A stretch of 64,000 nucleotides of DNA from contig OZ025658.1 of the NCBI GenBank assembly GCA_964019335.1, positions 757,566-821,565 of the forward strand. The letters run 5' to 3'. The translations under genes were made by a program, and so were the position numbers. This document shows positions 1-11,200 of this stretch, in pieces; position 1 is the first letter of the stretch; each line of letters opens with the position of its first letter. The notes under the pieces were generated by a model that saw only the letters and a program-made list of their open reading frames with translations, ran no database searches and had not been told where the DNA came from. The stretch comes from Diplonema japonicum (Eukaryota; Protista; Euglenozoa: Diplonemea).

Positions 1-2877
1 TCTAGGTTGGTAGACGTCCCGCACTACTTGCTGACAGGAAATGTCAAGATGTGGAGGCTCAACGAAGAGCCTCCCGTGGGTACCACCTTCACGCTGACCT
101 GCCCTCAAGAGAACTCCGGTCACGGTAAGCAGGTGTGCGAGTTCTACATCTTCGTGTACCACTGCCCTCCGTGTGCGTACAACGGTGGCTTCCCTGGTGC
201 CCTTCTCGCGGATGACTGGCACGCTGGGTCCTGCGCGCCGCGTTTCACTGTGGCCACCGATGAGAGGCACAAGATGACCGCCTTCAGGAGGCAGCTGCAG
301 CCTGGTCAGTCTGCCACCTTCACCTCGACTGAGTCCGCAAGGTTCGTCGCATTTGCCGCCACCGAGTTCGGTGTGGAGTGCTCCCAGAGCAACGAACGCA
401 TCGAGTGCGGCGGTCTTCCGTACTGCGCCTGGAAGGACGGTGAGTGCACTGATTATTGGTGCCCCCGCCGTTTCATCACTGGTGGAGGCCAGGTCGAGAA
501 GTGTATGACATGCGCCACCGAGGAGATCGAGCCCACTCCCCCTCCTCCGCCCACGAAGACCCCCGACCAGACCCCGGCTCCCACTCCGGTCCCTACCCCG
601 GTCCCAACACCCGTTCCTACCCCGGTGCCAACACCTGTTCCTACCCCCATGCCAACGCCCGTGCCTACCCCTGGTCCTACTCCTCAGCCCACCCCCATGC
701 CTACGCCCGTGCCCACACCCGTTCCTACCCCCGTACCCACACCCGTTCCTACGCCCGTGCCCACACCCGTTCCTACACCCGTGCCTACACCTGTCCCCAC
801 CGAGACTCCTACCCAGACCTACGAGTGCACTGCGTGCGTCACGCACTGCAACGATGATGTTGAGGAGAAGCCTGACAAGAACTGCATCAAGTACGACTCC
901 AGTGATCTGGAGCTGACCAAGGAGGGCGGCTACGAGCAGCACGTCGGGATCAGGTGGCAGAAGGTCTACATCCCCAAGGGCGCTACTATTGTCAGCGCAG
1001 TGATTGAGTTCAAGGCCGATGAATCCGACTCCGGAACCGCTGCCATGGAGCTTGCGTTCGTGAAGTCGAGCTCTGCGTCAGGGTGGGGGGCGAACTCGAA
1101 GAAGCCGTCGAGGAGGACGCTTACCAACAACAAGGTCACTTGGACCATCTCGGAGACCTGGTACACGGGCAACAAGTACCAGTCGCCCAACCTGAAGGAC
1201 GTGGTTCAGGAGATCGTGGACCGCTCAGGGTGGAACAGCGGGAACGCCATGTCTGTGGTCATCAAGAAGGGAAACACCCACAAGAACGGTGTCCGAGTTG
1301 CGGAATCGAGGGAAGGCGATGGCAAGGGTGCCTGCCTCAAGCTGGTTTGGACCACGCCCGACACCGACGTGCCGCCTCCCCCTCCTCCCCCGACCCCTCC
1401 CCCGCAGCCCACCACTTGCCCCTCGGACAGGGTGCGCAAGGCTTACAGCTCGCTGTCCTGCCAGGAGAGGGAACACTACGTCGCTGCCGTGAAGGCGCTC
1501 AAGCAACAAAAGGGCAGCTGGTACGAGAACTTCGTGAGAGTCCACTACCAGCAGAAGACGTACGCCCACGGCACCTCGGCCTTCCTTTCTTGGCACAGGT
1601 GGTACCTTCTGCAGTACGAGAACGAGCTGAGGTCCATCAGCGGCTTCGAGTGCGTGACCGTTCCTTACTGGGACGCCGAGAGGGACTGCTCGAACGAGGA
1701 GGAGTCCGCCCCGTTGAAGGACTCTACTTTCGGTGACCCGCGCAAGCACTCCCGCAGAGACGACTGCTTGACATCTGGTCTTGCAAAGATGGGCTCGTGG
1801 GACGTGTCGGGCAGTGGAACATGCCTCAAGAGGAGCTACTCGAGCAACTTCGGGTTCGCATCTGAGACCACCGTCATCAGGATGATCGAGAGCAACAACA
1901 ACCGCCACATCTACTACTTCAGCTCATCCCTCGAGGGTAGTCCCCACAGCGGGCCGCACAACTACCTCGGCGGCCACATGGGGGGCATGACCTCGCCCGA
2001 CGATCCGTTGTTCTTCCTGGTGCACGCCAACGTGGACAGGCTGTGGGCCATCTGGCAGGACTACTGGGGCTACGACAAGGTCTCCAAGAACCACCTCAAC
2101 GACCAGTCCCAGTACTACTACATCCGAGGAAAGAGCGGTGTCTCGACAAACAGCTTGAAGCTTGACGCTGTGCTTCCCTACTCGCACGGTGCGTCCAGCA
2201 AGCTGCACAACTTCGCCGAAGACGTGACCATCCGTGACATGTGGGACATCGAGGACCTTCCGCAGGGCTTCAAGTACACCTACGGGACGGACAACATTGC
2301 CATGCAGCTGGGGAAATGCTCGTCGGGCACGTGGCACTGGGTGGTCCCGGGACGCACGGACAGGCTGACATGCTGCGGTGACGGTACCAAGGACTACAAC
2401 GAGGAGTGCGACGGTGGGTCTGGCTGCACTGAGAACTGCCAGTACAGCTGGTCCAACGAAAGGAAGGCCGGAGCGCTTTCCACCGAGACACGCGGGTGCA
2501 GCGACCCCACTCCGCACATGGTTGCGACGCAGGGGGGCTCCGACGGGGAGGACGAGACTGCAGGCCTTGCCTTCGACACGTGTTGCTTCACCGACGAAAA
2601 GGTCGAGAAGGCCTACAACGATGTTGTGAAGCACCTGACCCACACGGCCATCAACGACGACAAGGACGACATGAACGATGACCTGGTCACTCCCAGCAAC
2701 AGCGATCTGGACAAGCTGTGCTGTGAGGACCTTAAGCGTTCTGGCAAGGCATCCTGCGACGACTCTTGGTGCCAAATGCAGGGGAAGACAGGCAGCAACC
2801 TGGACAGCTGCATCGAGGATTGCACTGCCAATCACATCATCAAGCTTCTGGGACACAACCCGTGCGATACGAATTAG
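1..2877 (+). CDS. Multidomain tyrosinase (type-3 copper) protein, 5'-partial: unnamed Cys-rich domain, PT linker, bacterial-type beta-sandwich, tyrosinase domain, Cys-rich tail
   Basis: Frame is open to the window edge (tct agg ttg...). CuA-type motif [20 protein letters not shown] and CuB-type motif [32 protein letters not shown], with all six His present. CGDG..EECDGG cysteine motif after the catalytic domain. GC-rich codon usage. Confidence 0.88.
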   Translation, partial: SRLVDVPHYLLTGNVKMWRLNEEPPVGTTFTLTCPQENSGHGKQVCEFYIFVYHCPPCAYNGGFPGALLADDWHAGSCAPRFTVATDERHKMTAFRRQLQPGQSATFTSTESARFVAFAATEFGVECSQSNERIECGGLPYCAWKDGECTDYWCPRRFITGGGQVEKCMTCATEEIEPTPPPPPTKTPDQTPAPTPVPTPVPTPVPTPVPTPVPTPMPTPVPTPGPTPQPTPMPTPVPTPVPTPVPTPVPTPVPTPVPTPVPTPVPTETPTQTYECTACVTHCNDDVEEKPDKNCIKYDSSDLELTKEGGYEQHVGIRWQKVYIPKGATIVSAVIEFKADESDSGTAAMELAFVKSSSASGWGANSKKPSRRTLTNNKVTWTISETWYTGNKYQSPNLKDVVQEIVDRSGWNSGNAMSVVIKKGNTHKNGVRVAESREGDGKGACLKLVWTTPDTDVPPPPPPPTPPPQPTTCPSDRVRKAYSSLSCQEREHYVAAVKALKQQKGSWYENFVRVHYQQKTYAHGTSAFLSWHRWYLLQYENELRSISGFECVTVPYWDAERDCSNEEESAPLKDSTFGDPRKHSRRDDCLTSGLAKMGSWDVSGSGTCLKRSYSSNFGFASETTVIRMIESNNNRHIYYFSSSLEGSPHSGPHNYLGGHMGGMTSPDDPLFFLVHANVDRLWAIWQDYWGYDKVSKNHLNDQSQYYYIRGKSGVSTNSLKLDAVLPYSHGASSKLHNFAEDVTIRDMWDIEDLPQGFKYTYGTDNIAMQLGKCSSGTWHWVVPGRTDRLTCCGDGTKDYNEECDGGSGCTENCQYSWSNERKAGALSTETRGCSDPTPHMVATQGGSDGEDETAGLAFDTCCFTDEKVEKAYNDVVKHLTHTAINDDKDDMNDDLVTPSNSDLDKLCCEDLKRSGKASCDDSWCQMQGKTGSNLDSCIEDCTANHIIKLLGHNPCDTN
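571..798 (+). repeat. 12-bp-period coding repeat, (PTPV)n linker
   Basis: Tandem cctaccccggtg/cccacacccgtt-type units encoding PTPVPTPV... Confidence 0.9.
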
Positions 2878-2884
2878 GCTTTGT

Positions 2885-2928
<44 letters not shown>

Positions 2929-4805
2929 CTTTACAGATATGGATCTTTTTTTTTTTATGTTTTAGTTGAGTACATTTTTGCCCCTGTAATTATCACAGTA
3001 TTTTCTTTTATTTTAACCCCCCTTTTTTTTTTGCGCACAAAGAGAAAAAAAAAAAAGTTTGTTTCCTTCTTATAATACCCTACCACCCAACCCACCTTTT
3101 GACTCCTTGAAATTATTTTTCTTTCTCCTCTCTTTATTGTTCCCCTATTACATTATGTCGGCACGCAAGAAAGTACTGTGTCTGTAGAAAAAAAAAAAAA
3201 AAAAAAAAAAAAGAAAACACAAAAAAAAAAAAAAAATGTAAGTATAATGAGCTGATTTCCTTTTTGTAGAGGATGGGAGTGGTACTCTTGGCGTTTGCTC
3301 ATGAAACGAAAAGAAGAAAAGAAAAAAAAAAAAAAAAAAAAAAACATAAAGACACAGCAGACTTATCTATGTGCTGCGTTATGGGGGGGGGAGAGGGAGA
3401 GGGGCTGTAAGGTGAGCGCAGCGTGAGGGATAACATTTTTATTATAAAAAAAAAAAGTCCCCTTTTTTTTTCCTTTTTTATCTGGAAAGAAGAAAAAAAA
3501 AAAGTGAAAAAGGGGAGAGGGGAAAAAGGAAAAAAAAGAAATACCTGTTTTTTTCTTCTTCTTTTTTTTTTTCTCTTATTATTATTCAGGGGTTTTGCAG
3601 CTTTGTGTGAATGTGCATCTTTTCTTTTCTTTTTTTTCTTTTTTTTTTCCTCGGGGTACTACTACTGCACACGGAAAATAGAGACAGAGTGCTTGATTCA
3701 AGAAGAAGGTCCTCTCCTCTGCATCTAAGGTTTCTGATGCCTGCAGTAGATGGGAACCAAGGGGGCGTCCTGCAGGACCTCCTTCCTCAAATGTATTTTT
3801 TCTGCTTCTTTTTTTTTTCTTCTCCTTCTTCCCCCTTTTATATCGAAACGACGAGGGAAAAAAAAATAATAAAGTGGGGGTAGGAAGAAAGAAGAATAAA
3901 AAAATGAAAGAGAAAAAAAAAAGAAATTAAAAGAAAACCATTTAATCCTCCCCCTCCCCACCATCTTTTTAACAAATATTCCCCCGTTTAGAAAAATAAT
4001 TCGGGGATTAACAAACATTATCACTAATTCTTTTTTATTTTTTTTTTCCAAGAGAAAGAGGGGAAATTAATTAGAAATTAAAAAACGAAAAACGAAAAAC
4101 ATTTATATAAAAGAAGGAAAAAAAAAAAGAAAGAAGGGAGGGGAAACAGAGTGAGGGAATGTATTGACGAAAAGAATAAAAGATTTAACAAAAGAAAATC
4201 TTTTTTGGTATCTTTTTTTTCTTTTTTTTTTTTTGCGCTTCCCCCCTCTTTTCCTCCCTTCTTTTTTTTTTTTTTTTAATAAGAATTTTTTTTTTCTCCG
4301 CTTTTCCCTTACTTTGCTCTTATTTTTGTTTTGTTTTTTTTTTTTTTTCCGATTTTCTCACACACACCTGTTTTCTTTCCCACGGTACAGACAATAGTTT
4401 TTTTTTTTTTAAGCCGGCCCCGCCCAGAAATCCACTTTTAACTTTTTTTTTTTCGAAGTTTTCAAGATTTATTGTATACATCCAAAACAGTCCCTTAAGA
4501 ATGAGGTGCACTGAGACGTGATTTCTTTCTTTCTTTTTTTTTCCAAGGTAGGAAAAGTAAGAAAAAAAAACAAGAAACTAATCGAGTCTTGATGTGCCCT
4601 TTTTCTGTTTTGTTCTCCACTAAAAAGAAAAGAGTTTAGGGTTTTTTTTTTTTTTGAAAAAAAAAAGTTTTTCAGTTTTTTTATTAAAACACTGAAAACT
4701 CCACCCTTTTTTTTTTTTTGTTTTACCTGTTCCCTTCATTTCTTTTTTCTTGTTCCCTTCTCCATTTCTAATTGCCACAGTTGTTTGTCCCCCCTTCCCC
4801 TGTTT

Positions 4806-4836
<31 letters not shown>

Positions 4837-6007
4837 CTCTTGAGAAGAAGAACAAGAACAATAGAAAAAAAAAAATAGAAGAAAAAAAAAGATGACGAAC
4901 TTTTGGTAGAAAACAAAAAGGGGGTGAAAAAAAAAAGTTGGTTCGGGCTATGTTGGCCATAATTTTTTTTTTTTAATTTTATTTTTTGCGAAATGAAAAG
5001 AAAAACAAACAAAAAATAAAACAAAAACAAAAAAACAATGACTTTTATGAAATGTTATTTCTTTTTTCCCCCTCCCCCAGTGAACCTAAGTGAGAACAGA
5101 AAGCCCATGGGCGTATCTATCGGAGTTTGCACACAAGAAATGTATGATATGTTCTTCACTTCCTTGGTGGGAGCAGTGCACGCACTTCCCCACTCAGAAT
5201 GATGAATTTTATTATACTTCTTTTTCCTACTCCCTCTCCCTCCTCACTTTACTTTGTTTCCCTCTCTTCCCGTCCCCCCCTTTATTTCCCGTTATTTCAC
5301 AGCAGAAATAATATTTGAAGGGAGCTAAAAAAAAAAAAAAAAAGAATAGAAAAATGAGGAGGAAAAAAAAATCTTCATAAAGAAAGAGGAAACCGAATGA
5401 AAAGAATAAATTGTTACTACTTGCAAAACGATGAAACAAGAATGGGGAAAGGAGGGGGAGTGGATGGGATGAGGAAAATAAAATAAAATAAAAACTTTTT
5501 TTTGAAAAAGGAAAAAGAAGGGCTGGGAAGAAAAAAGAAAAGACAATTTTTTTTTATCTCCCTCGTTTTTTAAGCCCTCTTCATTTAAAAAAAAAAGTCT
5601 TTTTTTTTCCCGCCACCCCCTTGCGATTTCTTGTTCATTTTTGAACGAACATTTTTCTTCTTCTTTTCACAGGTCCTCTCGTCTCTGTATGGGGATCAAT
5701 ACCTTGTTTTATTTGGTTCTCTCCCCCTTTCATTTCCTCTCTTCTGCTGTGTCTCCATCTTTCTTCGTAGAGGTGACGATTTCTTACTTATTATTTTTTT
5801 TTATATTTTTTATTTATCCCTTCCTTCCTCTCTACCTCTCAATTTCTCATTCCCCCCCCCCTTTTTTTTACCCCTTCTTTTTTTTTTCTTATTTTTTCTT
5901 CTTTCCCCTTTCTTACCTTTCTTGTTTTATGGTTTTTCCTTTAAAAAAAAAAATATAATATAAAAAGGAAAACCGTTAGGGGGAGGGGATCAAAAGGGGA
6001 AGAAGCA

Positions 6008-6582
6008 ATGGCGTCTGCAACTGCAGCTGCAGGGAAATCTGCATCAAGCAAGGTGACGTTGAATTCGTACGTCCCTCAAATGAACCTGTGGAGGTCGTTT
6101 ATAAAAACGATTACTATCCGGCCAAGCCCGACGAGATGGGGCGGGCCAAGCAGGAACGGCCGAATGTTTGTGAAATCTGCGTGCTGGCTGATGGCGTTTT
6201 CCTTCCCAAACTGGCTTTTAAACAAGTACGGCTTGCCAGAGTTGTACGCTGTATGTCCTCACACGCACCATCACCTTATCCACAGAGACATTTCGGGAAC
6301 GGCGACCCCCGCTGGTTACATGCCACCTCCACAGGTGTCGCGAATATCAGCCAACGTGCCCTGCCATGGGACCCCCACGGCCTTGTGACGCCAGACCCTT
6401 GGACCACCTTCGTGCCGCGTATGAATGAAATCTACGCCGAGCCTTGGGAGCAGCTGTCGAGACAGGACCATGTTGAGGAGTCGGAGGCGTGGTCGAAGTT
6501 CGGCGAACCCGCAAATAGAACACAAGGCGCCTTCGGGTCCACGTCGCAGAAGCAGTCGCTGCAGTTCAGTATGTGGTGGTAA
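6008..6582 (+). CDS. Small hypothetical protein split over two frames (6008-6388 and 6088-6582); probably one ~191-aa product, possibly mitochondrial
   Basis: ATG follows a long pyrimidine tract and AG. GC-rich island within AT-rich DNA. Codon pattern favours frame 1 up to ~6290 and frame 2 afterwards (GAC ATT / TTC GGG AAC). Function not recognised. Confidence 0.55.
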
Positions 6583-6600
6583 TATGAATACTGTAAAACG

Positions 6601-6663
6601 AAAATCCGGAAAGAGGAAAATATCCGGGAGTTTGCCACTCCGGCATTTTTCTCCCCCGGAATC
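6601..6663. repeat. CCGG-rich quasi-palindromic repeat block, copy 1
   Basis: aaaatatccgggagtttgccactccggcatttttctcccccggaat; matches 7150-7229 in direct orientation. Confidence 0.7.
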
Positions 6664-6694
6664 TTTTTTAGCTAAGGGACTTATGGGGACGCTA

Positions 6695-7105
6695 TCTCCA
6701 GAAGGGAAGAAGGGGTCCGTTATGCAGTTAAGGTCATCAACCATCAGCAGGATGGGGTCATCAGGCTCAAGACCTTGGGCATCAATTATGTCCTTGCAGA
6801 AAGGGAGGAATACTTCTTGTACCCAGATCTTGAGAGATTCAGTGTTTGGGGGAAGCCGTAAGGCTCTGGTCTGCAGGGGGTGTGCCACCCTTGGGACAGC
6901 ACGTGGGCACTGTTGTCCAGATGGGGGGCTCAGTCCTACTTTTGTATATCAGCTGCGGAGGCGAGCTTTGTCCCAAGAAGGGACAGCAAACCAGCCGGTT
7001 ATGGCTTTTTTGTCCAAAGGCCACGGAATTTCACAACCTTGGCCCCCCGCTTGGTCTTGGTGCCTAATGGCATCATTGGGAGGGCTGCCCAGTCCACGTT
7101 CCAAG
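6695..7105 (-). mobile_element. Degenerate pogo/Tc5-like (DDE_1) DNA transposase fragment
   Basis: Minus-strand pieces across three frames join into a DDE_1-type core: WNVDWAALPMMP..GAKVVKFRGL / DKKAITGWFAV / PPQLIYKSRT..SLTASPKH / WVQEVFLPF..GLEPDDPILLMVD. Several frameshifts. Confidence 0.72.
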
Positions 7106-7149
7106 GAGCTGGGCCTAGTCCCCCCTCCCAAGCCGAAAGTGCCGGCTGG

Positions 7150-7229
7150 AGAAAAATATCCGGGCTTTTATCGCTTCCGGGGTTTGTCACTCCGGTAATT
7201 TTCCCTTCCGGCATTTTTCTCTCTGGAAT
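7150..7229. repeat. CCGG-rich quasi-palindromic repeat block, copy 2
   Basis: aaaatatccggg...gtttgtcactccggta...tccggcatttttctctctggaat. Confidence 0.7.
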
Positions 7230-7417
7230 TGGCAAGCATCGCAATTGAAAGAACGGCAACACCATGTTGTGTCATCTTCCTATGGTTGCATGCTGCCCTT
7301 TTTTTGCTCAAATAATATCAAAATAAAAAAAAATTCGAACTGCCAAAAAAAAGTGTTGACATATTTTTTCTGGACGAGCTCATATTTTTATTTTTTTTTT
7401 TAAACTTCCCCCAACAG

Positions 7418-7792
7418 TCTTCATGTCGCTCGATGAGGAAACATCGTTCGCAAAGTTCTACGCAAAAACCTTCTTAACATCGTATGTGGGTGGGCAGAGA
7501 ACAAAAAAAAAAAAAAAAAAAAAAATGATACAGGCTTAAAATGTGGGGTAGTGATGTGTACTACTCGTACTGGGGTTGCTTCTTTGATGTGCCTCTTGAT
7601 GAGCGGTACGAGTCGCTTGGGCAGAGTTATGGGAGGCGGATTGTGAAGAGGTGGTACGCGGGTCAAGGGCTGTATGTTGAGGGGGGTGAGGGAGGGAAGG
7701 GAAGAAAAAAAAAAAAAATACAGATCCGGGTACAAAAACATAAAATGGTATGATGGTGGGTTGATCCTTCCGACATCCGACAACACGCAATG
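7418..7792 (+). CDS. Putative cis-spliced exons (7418-7481, 7534-7685, 7724-7792) of an unidentified intron-containing gene
   Basis: Short mixed-composition islands bounded by ACAG| acceptors and |GTATGT, |GTGAG, |GTAG donors, with poly-A-rich spacers. Exons 1+2 join in frame: FMSLDEETSFAKFYAKTFLTSLKMWGSDVYYSYWGCFFDVPLDERY... The phase of exon 3 depends on the length of a G run. Confidence 0.35.
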
Positions 7793-7936
7793 GTAGCAAA
7801 AAAAAAAAAAAAATGTGTACTTTCTCTTGTCCCCCCTCCATTTTTTTTATCAACGGAACAAAAAAAAAAACAAAAAAAAGTGTTTTTACTAAGGTGGGGA
7901 GGGGGTATTCCGTTTATATGTAAAATATGTTCTTTT

Positions 7937-7987
<51 letters not shown>

Positions 7988-8229
7988 TTGAGTGTTTTTC
8001 TGTTCTCTCCCCCCCCCCCCCCCCACCATTTTTTGTTCTTTTTGGTAGAGTGTTTTTTTCTTTTTTGGTATCTTTTCTTCCCATCTACAACCACGATTAT
8101 CTATTTTTTTTTTAAAAGCCGCGTCCTGTGTCAAAATCTACAATTTCCACAAACAGATTCAAAAAAAAAAAAGAAAAGAAAAAAAAAAGGACACGTGCCC
8201 AGCTAAGGAGTACGCACTGCTCCTGAGAA

Positions 8230-11200
8230 ATGCATCGCACGATGATGTTGCTGTCGCTAGCGGCATCGTGCCACGGCACCTTCTATAACCAAGGGGTACC
8301 AGTGACGCCCTTCCCCAACGTGAGGTGTTCTGACATCAGCTTCGCAGGGTGCAGCTGCAGCACCAAGATCAGCGGCTCTGTGGTGGACGTGGAAGACGGA
8401 TTCGACCGTGCCACTGACACGCTCACCTGCGGCGCGTGTGCTGGGCTGGGGATCACCTCCAACTTCGACACCACAACAGGCATCTTGCAGATGTCAGGTG
8501 ACAACACCATCGACGAGTACGCACAGGCCATCGCCAGCGTCACCTTCACGTCAACATCGCGAGCTGGAACCTCGCGACGCCTGACGTACAACTACGGCCA
8601 TGCCATGTACTCCACACACACGGGGCACTTCTACGAGTACTACCCGAAAAACAACGTGAACTGCAACACGGGGGGCTTCTGCCACTGGGACGACGCGCAG
8701 TCTGAGTGCGCCGACAGATCAAGGGACATCCTCGGCCTTGCTGGCTACCTTGTCACCATCACCTCGCAGGACGAACAGGACGTCACCTCGGCGAAGCTGC
8801 ACGGGGAGGGTTGGATCGGTTCTGCCGACATCGCGATGGAGGGTGAGTGGCGCTGGTTAACGGGCCCCGAAGGATGCCCCCCCTACAACCTCGCGCTGTC
8901 AGGGGCTGCAAGGACCGCATGCGACATGGGCTACCCCCTTCCTGAGAACAAGAACCCGTGCACGGGCCCCGACTGCGGACGGGGACAACTCATTGGGACC
9001 GGAAGAGGATCAAGCTTCACGACGGCCTCGGGTGCCTACGAGAACTGGGAGTCTGGTGAACCGAACGAGTACTCGAACGACTGCTCACCCGCAACATGCC
9101 AGACGACAGGTGAAGACTACGGGCACTACTATGGGAACGGAAAGTGGAACGACTACCCGAACGGGCACAACCGCATCGAGGGCTACGTGTGCGAGTGGGG
9201 CGGTGTGGGGGATCTCTGCATGGACAAAGACGACGTGTTTGGGTCGCAACTTCTAGTGGCTGGGTGCAGTTCCTACACGAACCAGGGTGCGTGCGAGTCT
9301 CGTCTCCCTGACGGCTCTTGCAAGTGGGACACGACGCAGAGGCCCGCAAAGTGCGTGGAGACCGGGTGCCACAGGTACGGCGATGAGGCGGCTTGCGAGG
9401 GTGACGTGACGTGCGATTGGGACACGACGATGAGCCCGCCCGAGTGTGTGGACAACTACTGCGCGGTGACGCACCTTACAACGCAAGACTGCAACGCAGA
9501 CAACACTGCGGAAGGCCCGTGCTACTGGAACACGAACCTTGTGGGCGACAAGAAGTGCCAGACCCTCGTGTGTGCTGACGTGTCTGATAAGTGCAAGTGC
9601 ATCCAGTCGTCGCCACAGTGCCAGTGGGACGCATCCGGTGGGGGCAGCTGCTACAACCCTGCGCTCACAACGAAAACCGCCGTCGTCTGCAGGGATGTGA
9701 CCACGGAAGCCGAATGCATGGCTGACACCACCTGTATCTGGGACTCCTCGAAAACGCCGTTGTGCCAACTTTCCGTGTGCTACTCTCTTTGCACTCAGCG
9801 GACCTGTGTCGCGAGGGCTGGGTGCACTTGGGATGGAACTGACTGTCGCCGGGAGCCTCCTGGCTGTGCTGCACACACAGACGCCGTTTCGTGCAAGCAA
9901 GACGAGAAGTGCCTGTGGAACGTGATATGGAGCAGTGCCAACACGTGCGTGGAGAACCCATGCAGGACCCACACCGACCAGCAGTCGTGCACCTCCGTCG
10001 TAGAAGAGATGCCCTCCCCATGCACGCCACGCGCTGTGAACCCCGACTACTGTTCCCTCAACGTGTGCGACTTCGACCCCTTGGGTACGCCCATCTGCTT
10101 CCCAAAGAAATGCTTGCAGACCTCCCAGGGGAACTGTGTGGCTGAGTCAGGGTGCCAGTGGGTACCCATACAAACCCCTCCCCCTGCAGGCCCTCCGTCA
10201 ACTCTCGTTGCATACTGTACGACCGAGAAGTGCAAGCACTCCACATTGCAACTCTGCAACAACGATCCGTACTGTCTGTGGGACGACCAGAAGACCACCT
10301 GCGTGGAGACACCCTGTGCCAAACACCCCGACGAACTCACGTGCAACCACGACAAAGTGTGCCACTGGGATGCTTCACGCAGCTCTGCGGTCTGCTCACC
10401 TACGGAGTGCGGTGTGTACGCGACAAAGGGGAAGTGCAAGGCGGACACGAAATGCACGTGGGACGACTCGAACCCCGCTTATTGCACAGCCGTCACCTGC
10501 GAGGGGTACAACGTGCCAAGCCCGAAGGACAAGTGCGGGTGCGTGGCGAACCCCGAGTGCTCGTGGGTTGTGGACACGACTGGCTCCGGCACCATCAACA
10601 ACCACTGTGCAAAGACCTCGTACTCCACGTGCCCCGACCTGGACGTTGCCTTTGTGATCGACGGGTCGGGCTCCATGTCGGGGAACTTTCAAACTAACCA
10701 CCCGCACGGCTTCAACGCGTTGATGGAGACCCTGAGGGACTGGGTGAAGACGCTCCCCCTCACAGGGGAGGACCATACTGTTGGTGGCGCGTCGACCGTG
10801 AGGGGCGGTGGTTTCCGTGTCACCTTCATCCAGTTCTCGAGGGCTGAGGCTACACCTGCGATGGACCACCCCACGAACTGCGCAGTGGGCCAGTGCACGA
10901 ACGGTCTCCTTTCCGGAAACCTGAACGAGCTGATGGGCGACGTCGACTGGCATGAGGCAAACTACCAGGCGGAGTGGACGTACCTCCACGACGCCCTTCT
11001 GGACGTGGCGGATTACACCTTCCTCCCGAGTCAGTCCCCCTCTCACAGGAAGCATGTGGTGGTGATCATCGCCGACAGCGGCCTCACCGACTACGACGGC
11101 GACGCGTGCACAAGCACCTCCTGCGGGCAGTGCCCCTCAGGCTGCGACCCCAGGTGGAAGCGCACCTACCCTGGAATGCTGGATGACGCGCAGCAAAAGC

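Noticed and set aside
2881-5960. Many Phe- or Lys-rich ORFs in the AT-rich spacers (also 47700-48600 and 60800-62800)
   Set aside because: Translations of poly-T/poly-A runs with no protein-like composition.
6080-6175. Weak resemblance of KTITIRPSPTRWGGPSRNGRMFV to mitoribosomal mL43
   Set aside because: Short motif only, and the downstream sequence does not convincingly follow the family; no name assigned.
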